DNA of 64,000 nt from Macrostomum lignano (Eukaryota): contig NIVC01000225.1 in NCBI GenBank assembly GCA_002269645.1, positions 124,001 to 188,000 of the forward strand. The letters are read 5' to 3'. The position numbers and the translations under genes are program-made. Positions within the stretch are counted from its first letter, which is position 1, and the number at the start of each line of letters is the position of its first letter. Shown one piece after another: positions 40,817-53,520 of this stretch. The notes under the pieces were generated by a model. The model was not told where the DNA came from. It did no database searches and saw nothing but the letters and a program-made list of their open reading frames with translations.

Positions 40817-43800
40817 CTGCGGGATTGAGGTGAGCAGTCAGCACTCAGCTTGAGCAGTCAGTCTGGGCACGACATTAAAGCTGCTAATCTAGATGACGTA
40901 GTGACTTCAATTGGAATATATAGAAGCATTATAAAATAATTAAAAATTCTTTGTAAGGCTGAGGTCATACACCTGAACACATAAATAAAAGACCTCTAAA
41001 GCAATGCTATATGGTTTTTGGTGCTCGATTAGTTTGTCCATTTTTTAAATGTTTCTAAAAAATGGAACTGCCCGAGGACGCGCGGCGTTATTAAAGACAG
41101 ACGCCTATGTTTTCGTATGTCTATGTCCGAAACCCATAGAATTGAAAAGAGGGACGCAAAAGCGAGAGAAGACACAGCATCAAAGGAGTTCTAACTGACG
41201 CGTTTATCACGTACTGGACATGAACCTGGGGTAAAGTGGAAGTGGTCCTACAACTGCCAGTCTGTCTTCTGCTAAACAAGGGACTCCTAAAATAGCATTA
41301 GAGTGCTAGCTCTAGAAGTCCCTGGCTAAGCCCTGATTTACCCTAAAAGTTATTCTATAAGCTGTGCTACTTGTTTGGCATTACGAGGCCATAGTCAATG
41401 AATTCCAAATATATAAACAACTTCAGTGTCACTGGGGTGAGTTTGGGCCATAGACAGCTTGCAAAAGTAGTCCCTGCAGCAGGTTTGTAGAGCTACAGAA
41501 TCAGAGAGCAACCAGCTAAGCCAAAATGGAGTTCGCCTTGGCTTTGGTGGGTGCCAGCAGCACAAGTGTATATCAGGTGTTGCAGACCCATGGACCAACT
41601 GCAGGGAATCAGTGAGATGTTTGCAAATATGGTAATTCCAAGTTCTGCAAGATATTGATTGCCATTTGACATGCAAAGAGATGGCTAGTACTCTCTTTTA
41701 AGTGTACATCCTCATTCAAGATCTTGGACTTGGGAATGTCACAGCCAGCCCTGGCAGAAGCACCCACAGAGTATGTCACTGGGTCTTATTCATGATGTAT
41801 GACAATACCAGTTTATACACTGCCATAGGACTATTAGTAGAAAATGCTGCCTTTTTTCACCAAATTCCTCTGACAAGGATAGTTGTATTTGAAAATAATT
41901 GTGCAATTAATTATATAACTCACAATCATATATCCAGAAACTATCATTTCAAACCATTGGGAATATATAATTCAAGCCAATCAATTTAATTAACTAAAGT
42001 AGCATTCATTTTATAATATTTCTAGCATTGCAAATATGTTCTAAGAATTATCTATTAGGCCTAACTTTGATATCTAAATAAATATAGATATGACAAGTGA
42101 TAACAAAATTAAAAACAAAATATTAGCAAGATTAGGCAGTAGGTTGAATGATTAAGACTAAAAATGCAACTGTTATTTAATATCTTGTTTTTTGCTATAC
42201 TAAAACATTCTGCCTTAAATAATACATTTGTACTTTTATAATGTTATGTTTCTAAAAAGAGTATTGACTTATATTTATAACTATGGCTATGTTATTGACA
42301 AAATTTTATATTTAAGGCTCCTTCTTTAAGCTAGTGATAATTGGCATAGGTGCACTCCCAGGGGGAAGAAGGGATAGTCACCTCTTTTAGCAAAGACCTA
42401 AACAGAAAATAAAATAAAAGGAAAGATTAAACAAGTGAATTTTTATAAAAATATAGTCTAGGTAGAGCCATTCTATCTAGGTCTTTACTATCTAGAATTG
42501 CCATTCTTCAAAAAATTCAGGTTGCACCATTGATTTGGCAGATCAAATAGAAGGCAAGCCAAAACAAGAACCATGCCCCTGCCCTGCCCTGGCCCAATGC
42601 CAAGTGGCCAAGCCATATGATTATGAAAATAATTAATTGGTAAATTTATTGAAGAAATAACCCGTAATATAAGGTATAAGTTTTTGTGCAATCATTATAT
42701 AATTTACCCCTAGCCTAAAAATTGCTGAAACTGGGCTAAAACCTATATGGCTTGCCCTGTTGGTTAAAAAGTAAATATTTTTTATAAAACTTGTACTGTA
42801 GCAGTCTAGTAGTAGTGTCAATGTGCTAAATCAGAGTGGTTGGTGGTTGTTGCACATAATGTAAAAAAATAGCAATTCTTTGTTTGAAACTGGAAATGAT
42901 TAATCAAGTATGCATCGTTGACTCTTTAGATTCGACTTGATTGCAGCTGCATAACATAAATAACCACTGACGATTGATCCATGCAGTTTTTGACTAATAT
43001 TACATATCGGATTTAATTTCTGTGATCTTTGATTCTAGGAATTTTACGGGCTTATGCCTGTAAAAATATGTATTAATATAGCTAGAAATTGTGTATTTAT
43101 TATTGTTCACTGTTACAGTTTATTTCGTCACACTTCCGAATTGATTCTCAAAATCTCAATAAAAAATCTTCTTGGCTTGCTATGGGCAAACTAGGTCGCA
43201 GTTTTGGCAAAATTGATTGCAGTTTTCAAAGAGTTGTCTGTGGCTGAAACTTGTCATGACTGAGCAGACTTGGCCTAGACAGCAAAATTATAAGTGATAT
43301 TTTTCCGCGGGCAAAATTGATTGCAGTTTTGGCAAACTAGATCGCAAAAAGGTATATTTATATATGTCTAGCTCGTATATACTTAACTACATTCGAATTT
43401 GCGCATACTTGGTCTTTTGTTGAATTTTGAATGGAAAGTCTGGCTTCTACATGTACATGTATGAGCATTAGTATGTTTTAAGATTAAATGAACCGCATGC
43501 TTTGCATTCAATTGCTTCATACCTGTACATCCGCGCCTGTCCCCACTGGTTCACACGACCTCGAAACGACATCGAATCAAGCAGTATACCTCGATTTGAC
43601 TATATTCTGGTTTTTCCAACAATTTGTTTATATAAACCATCCCCGTGGTGTCGAATGTATTAAAAAACATAGATTTTTTAAAAATTAAAATGAAAAAGTA
43701 TGACGTAATGACATCGTATCCATGCCGTAAAGTAGGACCTCGTTTGTACGATAAAACTTCGATAAGAAGTTGATAGTTCAAATTTTTGACAACAAAAAAC

Positions 43801-44504
43801 ATGTATTAAAATGAAAGTACCACTGTTAATTCAAAGATTTTTATAATCATTTTTTACCAGTTATGTTTTAGCATTAACGAACAATAAAGAGTATTTTTTT
43901 CATTTGTTATAGTACGTTTATTAAATATGGACAAACTAGTCTATCTGCGGTTTTAAATTATTTCCCAGACCTACAACGGCCTAGACTTACGATCTTTTAC
44001 AATAACTCAGCAAATCGTCGTCAAACCGTCTTTATAAACTTCTATATTCGAAAATTCCAAATACATAGCTCTATAATATATTGGCCAAACAGGCTAATTG
44101 CCTGAGCCAAATTCTCTTACTACTACTACTACACGGCCCTCTATACACGTGCTATGGTATAGAGTATAGTCTACAAATGATTATCTTTGCTGCGCTAGAA
44201 TTGTTATTGAAAGATAAAGTTAAAAAGTAATATACACTGCGTTTCAAATAAGCTTGTCTATTATAGTTCATAATAAACTTTCATTCTTTATTTTTCATTT
44301 TTTTTAAATATTTGAAAAAAATGAATGTTTCAAAAACATTCATTTTTGAATTCATTGCTTATATTCAAATTCATTTATATTATAGTTATACTTAATTTTA
44401 TGTTCATAATTTGAGTAAGATACTGTGTCTAACTCTATATTTTAATAAAAGTTTAATTTCCTCTTACTGGAGACTCCAAGCCTAGTAGATTCTGAAAGCA
44501 TGGG

Positions 44505-44686
44505 CAGCAGGCAGTGGAGCTTGTGACACCGGGGGCACATGCCCACCTCCCCTAGAAAATAAGTCCATATGGAAATTTTAGTGCTTTTTCTTATTTTAGC
44601 CTTTAATTAGCAGCTTATAAAGGTACATGTGGCCCACTTTCTTTGTGCCCAATGCCCCCCTTAAATATTAGGCTCCACTGCCCCTG
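44505..44686. mobile_element. Small hAT-like MITE inside the CMC element
   Basis: Imperfect TIRs CAG..GGCAGTGGAGC / GCTCCACTGCCCCTG. TSD not recognisable. Confidence 0.45.
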
Positions 44687-47184
44687 GCCTGTCTGAATGT
44701 TAAAAAATTCAAAGTTTTGTAATATAAATTTTAATTTTTGTCAAGATTAATAAATATACTGCTTATTTAAACTTCTATTTTTAGTGAGTGAACATTTACT
44801 TTATTGCTTAACATAGTTTTTTTAAAAGAATTTTCATAGAGCAAAACAAGTTTCTTTATGTAAAATATATATTAAATGAAAGTAGTGCATTCAAGTATTT
44901 TTCAATTCCACATAGCTGGCCTATATAGACAAGTTTTGGCCAACAATTCGGTTTTTATATTTTATTATATGACACATTCTATGAATGTTTTATGTTTACT
45001 ATACAAATTATCTTTTATTTTAATTTTATTTAGGCATCATAATATCAATCATATATTTCATGTATATGATATTAACTAGTATTTTTTATATCTATGAATA
45101 ACTTGTAGCATCCAAGTGTTTTAGTTATTAGGCCTAGTAGAAATAAGGGCATTCTTTCGTTTTACGATCCCTGAGCAGGTCAAGTTTTATCTTATGATCC
45201 CCAAAAAAAAGAGTTGAAAAGACACTCTAGTTTATCAAAAAGTACATTTCACATTTATTTTTCAAGAAAAAATCACTGCAACTCACTTTCTAGTCAACTT
45301 AAATCATCACTGCAACTTACTTTTCAGTCAACTTGAGGATTGTGGGTGTAGCATAGTTATGAAAGCATATAGCTTATATTCACTTTGTCATACAATCATT
45401 TAAATGGTGAAATTATATGTAGAATGATCGCAGGACAAAACCAAAAGAGCTTGTAGGTTTTGAATTATGATCACCGCATTAGTAGAATTGTATTGAAGGG
45501 ATTGTATGATGAAAGTGAATGGATTGCTATGTCCTAAATTGCTATATTAACTGATCATTGTCACTCTATGGACTGTATCTTAAAACTGTATTTGTTATAA
45601 AATTTGCATGCGTTGGCGTACACTGCCCCCCTCACTTTTGTTATACAATCACCCCTTGGTATAACACATAGGTCCAATGAACTGGGGGATCGTTAGACAA
45701 AAGTTAGGGGGTACCCAAAAAGGGTGCAATATAGTTTATTTAGTAAAAAATGCTTCTTATGTGCGCCACAGGGACTTGGCTTTCTATTTACAGACATATT
45801 GTAGAGAGGCTAGCTGCAATTGATTGTTTAGTTAAAACGTCTATTATAGCAACAATTTCCTACCATTTTGTCATACAATCCCTCCAATACAATTTTAACA
45901 TTAATGTGATCATAATTCAAAACCTACAAGCTTTTTCAGTTTTGTCTTGCAATCATCTACATATAATTTCACTATTTAAATGATCATATGATGAAAGCAA
46001 ATATAAGGACACTTCTAACTTCTATAGGACACAAGATTTTATATTAAAATGATATGCTTAGAAGTGGTCCTATTTTAAACTTTGATTTGTCTTCTGTGGG
46101 GGATTGTATAACAAAAATCCCAACTCCCATAGGGACAGTGCTGGGTCAAAACAAAAGAATGCCAAAATAAGAAATAAAGGCCTAGCTAAAATGTGTTATA
46201 CAATTCAATGACAATGAGTTGATCTATTTTAAGATGTGCATAGTTACTTATCCCATTTATCTAATTAATTTTAATAAAATTTTAACAGAGGCAGAAGGCT
46301 TTTTATTTCAATGGATAGAATGGCAGCAAAGAGTTTATGCTTCTTTGTGGGTATATTTATATTTACACAAACTGCGCAAGATTAAGGGGCCTAGAGAGAT
46401 TTGAAAAAAGGTGGCATGGCATAATAAGCTATGCTAACCCCCCAGCTTAGTGAGCTGGCTAGCCTGGTGCATAACCAGTTTTACAACATGCCAATTTTAG
46501 TGAGCAACAAAGACTAGGCAAAGCCTCTATATGGAATCAAGATAATAGAATAAGATAAGATAATAGAAAGTTAAAACCCATGCTGCCATTGTCAATAACC
46601 TGAATACAAAAAATGCTTTAGTTTTATAACACAATATATTGACCTAAATATTTTAATGAGAAAGTTTTAAATAATAATTTATTGTAAGATATATGACAAT
46701 AATATAATAATACCTTTAAAAACAAGTTTGTTTCATTTCAATGGCCATGGCATAATTTCAACTCATATTAAACATGATTACATGAAATTGATTGTTAATA
46801 CACATTATTTGAGCCTGATGTGAAAAAGTGAGATCCCCAAAATGCCAAAACAAGCTGAAATTTAATTCATTGAATTCAACTATGCTGTTTAGCTTGCAAT
46901 ATTTTTCCTTTATCACTTGGGTATTATAAAAAGCAGACATATAGTTTAACAAATATTTAATGTTTTAAACAAAAACCTTTTTTGTTCTATTTAGCTATCT
47001 AAAATTGGAATAAGGTGTAAAAAATAAGCTGTTGAGCTTTTATTAGAACGAATATTGGTAAGATAATCTTAATAAAAATCTAGCTAAGAGAATCTTAGTA
47101 CTCTTGGAAAATCATTTACTTAAATAATTTTAGTATAAAATTTTATCATACCCTCAAAACAATCATTTTTTTAACTTTTCAGAA

Positions 47185-49147
47185 ATGGCTTCTAGACAAA
47201 CAGCAAATCGCTACATCCGTGAATATCTGTTGACTCTGATGTCAGCAGACAGCACTGCTAATTGTGTAGAGGATGAGAGTTTGTCTGAAGTTTCTGCTTC
47301 ATTTCAACTTTCTGAAGCTGAAGAGTTTGCGAATCCGCACGTGTGGAAAGACCTGGCTCCAGATGCTGGTGAAGACAATTCGGAAATCCCATATTGCTAC
47401 TCGCACGAAAGTAGTGGTGAATCTTCTGATACAAGCGATGACGAGTCAGGTTCTGCAACAAGCAATCCGCAAACAAGCCGCCCTTCGCTGCCGGCGAAGC
47501 TTCTGACTTTCATGCTGATATTTTCTGTTAGCAAAAGAGCTATGCAACACCTTTTAGTAATTCTGAACGAGGAGGGTTGCAATGTACCGAAGTCGGTCAG
47601 CACTTTGAAACGCTATTGTCAACCTATTTCACATGACCTTTTATCTGTCGCATGTGGTGGCCAATTCGCCTACTTCGGTATTATGAACAATATTCGTTTT
47701 TGCTTCGAACGCCAGCTTTTAAAGCTCAATGATCACTTCCAGAAGTTGACAATATTAGTCAACTTTGATGGGGTTCCCGTGTACAAGAGCTCGAAAATGT
47801 GTCTATGGCCCATTTTGCTTGCCATTAAAGGTGTTGATTTATCTGTCCCTTTACCAATCGGAGTTTTTTGCGGCATCAACAGGCCACCATTGAGTACGTA
47901 TCTTGAGAGTTTTGCTCAAGAGTTGCGCTCTTTAATGGAAACTTACGTTTCCATTGCTAATAAAGCTATAAAAATCGAACGCTGCATTATTATTGCTGAC
48001 GCACCTGCCCGTGCGTTCATTCAAGGAATTTACAGCCATTCGGCTAGACTCGCATGTGGATATTGCAAAATTGAAGGCTCTCGTATTGAAAACCGTATGT
48101 GCTTTCCTTATAATCAATATGAGCCACGTACCAACGACGCTTACATGTCCATGCGTGAAAGTAACCAACTTGTATCTTCTCCATTACTCGGCATTGTCAA
48201 TTTCGTGGAAGATCTCCCCCTGAATACATGCATTCGGTGTGTCTAGGTGTTGTGAAGCGTTTGTTTTCTTTATATGTTTCTTCTATTAAGGGTATTAAGT
48301 TACCGTGCCGATTGTCTGCTGTTCAGAGAATTCATCTTTCGCAGCTAATGATTCAAGTTTCTAAGTGCTTGCCCCGTGAGTTTCACAGAAAGCTCAGAAG
48401 CCTCGACGAATTCGAGCACTTCAAGGCGTGTGAGTTTAGGACTTTAATTGTGTACCTTGCTCCCGTTTTGTTTCGTAAGTTTCTACCAGCTCCTTATTTT
48501 GACCACCTGATGCTATTGCATGTAGCAATCTTTTGCTTTGTTTCACAAGAGCTTTCTACTTCTCTGTTTCATCAAGCATCTTCTTGTATTACACTTTTTT
48601 GCCAGAGAGCTCCAGGATTATACAAAGGTGCTCTGCAATCTTTTAATGCGCATCTGTTATCCCACATGCCTCATTTTGTAGAATCACTCGGTCCATTGGA
48701 TCAGTGGTCTGCATTTTTTTCGAAAACTACAACGGAGTTTTGAAGCGTCGCTTAAGGTGCACATCAAATATTTTCATGCACACCATAAATACTATGTCTC
48801 ACATTCGAAACGCTTTTGTTACTACTACTTCTCGCCCGCTATACTTTTCCTGCGCGTCGCCGGACAATTGTTGTATTACTCAATGTGGTCATGTACTTGC
48901 TATTTCAGCTCTATCTATCGAGTATGGGCGCACAAAAGTTATTGGTAAAATTATTCAATTTGTTAGAGACATGTACTCTTTTCCATATAGCTCTTCATCA
49001 ATAGGCATTGGTATATATAAACTGACAAACAATAGCGTTTATGATGCCACGGCAAAGTCCAAATGTATTCTGATACCACGTGAGAGCAATGAGTATTTCG
49101 TTATTCCTCTCGCCAATCCTGATTTGGCTCTCTTTTCGCCATCCTAA
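47185..49147 (+). CDS. CMC/EnSpm-type DDE transposase (about 654 aa if two single-base homopolymer deletions are corrected)
   Basis: LVNFDGVPVYKSSKMCLWPILLAI, IIADAPARAFIQG..SHS..ACGYC, (P)EYMHSVCLGVVKRL, FKACEFRT...Y, H.LSH.PHFV..LGPL..WSAF.FENYNG.LKR. Frameshifts at the C5 run 48216-48220 and the T7 run 48714-48720. Confidence 0.85.
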
Positions 49148-50021
49148 TCCTATTTTGACTCCATTCTACTTCGGGTGTGTCATAAGTAATGCCACTGCAT
49201 CCTTCTGTCTAAAGTATGTAGGCATATGCACTTAAGGGTGGTCCAGCTGCAACGTATAATTCACCATAAATCTCAGCAAGACGCCTGCGCCAAGCAGATT
49301 CGCATGGACTTTTCCAAAAGGAGTTTTCGCAAAGTATGAAGATGTCAACAGGCCGTGTTGCACTGGTTCCGGCAGCTGGAGGAAAAACTGGAGGAAGGCT
49401 GAGGTGGAGAAGCTGTATGAGCACTGCCAGGGGTCGATTGATATTGGGGGGACACTGTGTTGTTGATTGATACGGTTTTGTTCATCTGCGGTTGTAAGTT
49501 TGTCTGTTTTCACATCACTCAGTGACATTTCTTATGACACACCCGAAGTGTATCGGTATTTTGCGTCTTTGTTTCGTGTTTTACGGTTTAAATTCTCACA
49601 AAAGTCTTATGCATTATTGGCTTGTGTAAACATTGGGACTTTTAATTAATGCTCTTGAAGAATGAGCTCCAGTTTGACTTTAACTTCTTTATTTTTTATT
49701 TGCACTTTGGATATTATAAGTATAAAAAGATACTTAACTGCTTGTAATCTTCAAGTTTTGTTCATATTTTTAGATAATGAACCGCCGTTATTTTAAATTA
49801 CTAGTCCACCCAATCTGCATGCTGCCCTATACTTTCTTTTTATATCTAGTTAGCTTGTATCGACTATGGGGAGCTAGAATACTGCCTAGAACTTGTTCGC
49901 CTGCCAAATTCCTTTACCGAGGATCGCTTACTAAAAGTAAAATTATTGAACAAATGCTAAAATTCTGATAATTTTCTCAAAACTAATTAAATAGCCAGTC
50001 CATTTGTTTAAAATTGCAGAA

Positions 50022-51931
50022 ATGTCGCAAGCAGGCGAGTCAACTGCATTTATGCTGTTTTTTCGGACTTTTAATCAATTCCGCGTAATTGCTGGTGATT
50101 TCATAGATTTGCCGCACCGCAATTGGACAGAGGAAGACTGGATGGACACTGGGTACGCAGAAGTCGCTGTTGACTTGCAGGACGAAAATGGATCAAGTAC
50201 AGGCATTGTAGTCCAAGTGGCTACATCTATTACCGATCTAAATGAGACATTTAAAAAGGCAAAGGATCTTCGCTACAAAAAAAACTTCTCGTTGGCCAAA
50301 ATCCTGACGTTCTTTCGCCGTTTTAAGTCCGGTCGGGATCACGTGCCGCCTATGAGAAACCTAACTACCGAAGATGAGCAAACCGATGCAGATTTAGATG
50401 CTGCAGCAGTACGAGTGAAGGCTTTACCTGCACAGCATCAACAACAGCAAGAGATTCAGCTGCCATCAATGCCTGCCAAAAATGCACCATTAACTACACG
50501 TACAATTTCGAATGAGTCAGCGGTTGAGACTACTGTTGTTTCGACAGGCGTGTCTACGAATTTGGTTAGTCATGCATCAGCATCGTTTGCCCCTCAGCCC
50601 CGCGGTGGTGGAAGGTTTCAGTCAAATCTACGACCGTACATTCAGTCGCTGCAGGCGCAGGGTATTGACCCCTTCTCTCCGGACGGTCATACTCATCTGC
50701 TGCTCCTTGTCCTTACGGAAGTGACTAAACTAAAACAAACGATTGCAGAAATCAGACCTGCTGCGTCAATGGCCAACACCAACACGGCAATTGATTTGGG
50801 CCTTCCTATCAAGGACCGTGAAGAATACGCCGCTTTCTCGAACCGCGTCAAGGAGAAAAATTTCCGACAAAGTATTGTGAGTCTGACCGCATGTTTATTT
50901 TTCTGAGTGCATATTATACAGACAATCATTTATGGCATGTTTGGATTGAGTAATTTCCCTATCCTGTATACTTCGCATATCGAATGTCATGGTCAACAAT
51001 TTCAAAGTCAAAAGCTAAGACTTAGTGGATATTTTTGATTTAATCAAATAACTATAATATTTGAAGCAGGTGCTTCTGATTGCATTTTTACCTAAGTCTG
51101 ATGTCATTGACATCATTGTAGGTTGCTTATCTCCGCCGGCTGGGCGGCCAGTCAGTTGACAGAATGATTACGTCAATGGTGGATGCACTACTGGCAACTG
51201 ATTTTCAACGCCAGTTTAATTTGACTGGGAAGGATTACAGCCAGCAGGGGCGGCCGAGATCGAAGATATCGTTTCGTGAATCTATTGAGCCCATTATCAG
51301 CGGTAAGTCACATACTCTGTGAAGCGTAGTTTTGCAGGAGAATCATAATCCGATTTATTATTTAGTAGTGGCTATTGTTTTTAAAACAAGAGTAAATTTA
51401 CTAAGTTTTCTTAATTCCTACATAAAATATAGGAGAATAGAATTAATTACTGTAGAGAACCAAAATTTATCGTAAAGGGAAGGAAATTAGATCGTATACC
51501 AATGCAGTGCGTTATCAGACTAAATACTATACAGTATGCTGCAGTTGTTGTTTAGAAACTTTCATAACTTCAGGGTCATATCAGTTATTTTCAGCTATTA
51601 TGCCTATCTACTTACGCAATATAGCTTTATTCAGATGTTAGCTCTAATATATTGGCCTATTGATGGTATTTTAAGTATGCAAATTTAATCTTTTTTTCCA
51701 GAAGCAATGGCCACGTGCAAGCCGCCAGTCACGTCGGCTGAGGTCACCCGGCGCATTAGTCGCTATCTGCAGGATGTTGGCCAGCGTTGTAAAGCCCTAA
51801 CGCGCTTAAACCCTCAGCCTGACGGCAATGAGGAAAGCCAAACCGAGGGACGCGATTCTGCCGACTGCGACAGCGAGGATGAAGATTTTGAACCACTTCA
51901 CAAGAGAGTGGCAAGGCAAAGGGAGACCTAA
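50022..51931 (+). CDS. Transposon accessory protein (DUF4806-like C-terminus), about 421 aa, 3 exons
   Basis: Exons 50022-50876, 51122-51302 and 51702-51931 with GT..AG and phases 0 and 1, giving an uninterrupted ORF. LPIKDREEY..F...V.EKNFRQSIVAYLRRLGG.SVDRMI..MVDALL..DFQRQFNLTG..K.SF resembles DUF4806 proteins seen beside such transposases. Confidence 0.72.
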
Positions 51932-53149
51932 TTTTGATGCTGTACGACGCACGCCATCTATGAAACAGTTCATGAATTTCTTACTCAGCACATTTTTTGT
52001 TTTGCTTTCCTTGTTTTTCTTGTTTCTTGAGTATTATGCAAACTATGGTACAAGCAAATTATATTAAAGAAAAACTGGGATATGAAAAGCAAAAACAATT
52101 TTGCTGTCGACAATCGGTTACGAGGGAAAACTAGCAAAGCATAAGAATGGGTCAAACTTGTGAAATATAAGAGATAATAACTACATGTAACATACGCTCG
52201 AAGTTGTTATAGTAGTGGTAAGATCACCAGGGGAAACAGATAACTGTAAAAATTTTCTCATGTTACTTTTCCTATTTTTTAAAAGCAGAATAAAATTTCG
52301 TTTTTGTTGCATGTACGATTTTTTGTTTCATCCTTTATTTTTTGTTTCTTATTCTTTTCCGCTTTGCATTCGTTTTCTTTTCGTGTGTTTCGATTGCTTG
52401 TCGGCCAGTGTTTAACGTTTTTTAGAAAAACAAATATATCAAATAAAGTGCAGACAATCCCCCTAAAATATTATAATGCTGTTCGATATAAATTGTACGT
52501 TTCAATTGCATATCAGCTAGTTGTTTTCTCATCATTGGTTATTTAAAAATGCGTCCATGCAGCCAAAAAGCAAGTTTAATTGCAATTCCGTATTTAAATC
52601 TATGTACAGTACTAAATATACGCGATCTCGTTTTCACCTCGTTTTTATGACTCTGTCACGAGGTCGAATCAACGAGGTCGTTACGCCGGAACATTTAGTA
52701 TACTCGTTACGAGATGCCAAAATGAGGTCGATTCGAGGTCGCATTGACCAGTGGGGATCTGTGCCTTACATGTGTGTTATTGAAATACCAGAAAACTGTG
52801 TGTTATTGAATCGTTAGTTCAATATTATATGTTGTTTTGAGAAATAATTAATTAGTTATTATAAATTATTAATATTAATTATTTAATTAATTAATCGGTC
52901 AACAATAGTTGAACATACCTTGAAAATGTATTTTATCAGTTAAAATACTGAATATTGCACAGTTTAGCGGACAGTATGCAGTTAAATAACGTGCTTTCTA
53001 AACTTCTATAACTATAATTCATTATCCCAATATCTCCCGTAGTTACAGATATTCTGTGGTTACATGTATAGACATTTAAACCAGCCCAGATAAGCAAGCT
53101 TGAATTAAATGTATGGATCACGACCTAGGAGTACATGTACACTGTATGA

Positions 53150-53520
53150 TGCATGTATTTAGTTACTGCAAAACGTATACGACTCCGGGGCGCCGGCGTC
53201 AGCCAGCAGGCAGTAGACGACAACGCCGAGTGCGCCCCCCGCCGGTAGGGTGCCTGCAGCGTTAACAGCAGTACCTCCTGCACCGGCCATGGGCAGTACG
53301 ACTGGGTGTGGATGATGTGGCTTTCCAGCTGGAGTTGCCGACGGTGCAACAGGTCGCTTGGACGGACCAGGCTGGCGCGGTAGATACAAAGCCGCATTGG
53401 TCACTCGATCGCTCGTATCTGTAGGTTTGGACTCGAATGATGGAGCAGAGCAGCAACTGCGACAGCCTTCAACGACTATAAGACACATGCGGCACCGACT
53501 TCAACGCCGGTCTGAAATCG
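53150..53520 (-). mobile_element. RTE-clade LINE 3' fragment
   Basis: DRVTNAALY..A.LVRPSDLLHRRQLQL..HII...YCP.PVQEVLLLTLQAPYRRG. Nucleotide similarity to 15830-15900. Confidence 0.65.

Larger units (their letters stand above)
43542..52755. mobile_element. CMC/EnSpm (CACTA-like) DNA transposon, about 9.2 kb, two genes
   Basis: TIRs CCCACTGGTTCACACGACCTCGAAACGAC and (reverse complement) CCCACTGGTCAATGCGACCTCGAATCGAC. Subterminal CGAGGTCG/CGACCTCG repeats. Encloses a transposase and a spliced ORF2. No matching TSD found. Confidence 0.8.

Noticed and set aside
43535-52762. Target-site duplication for the CMC element
   Set aside because: The flanks (TC/GA or GT/AT depending on where the boundary is placed) do not match, so no TSD is claimed.
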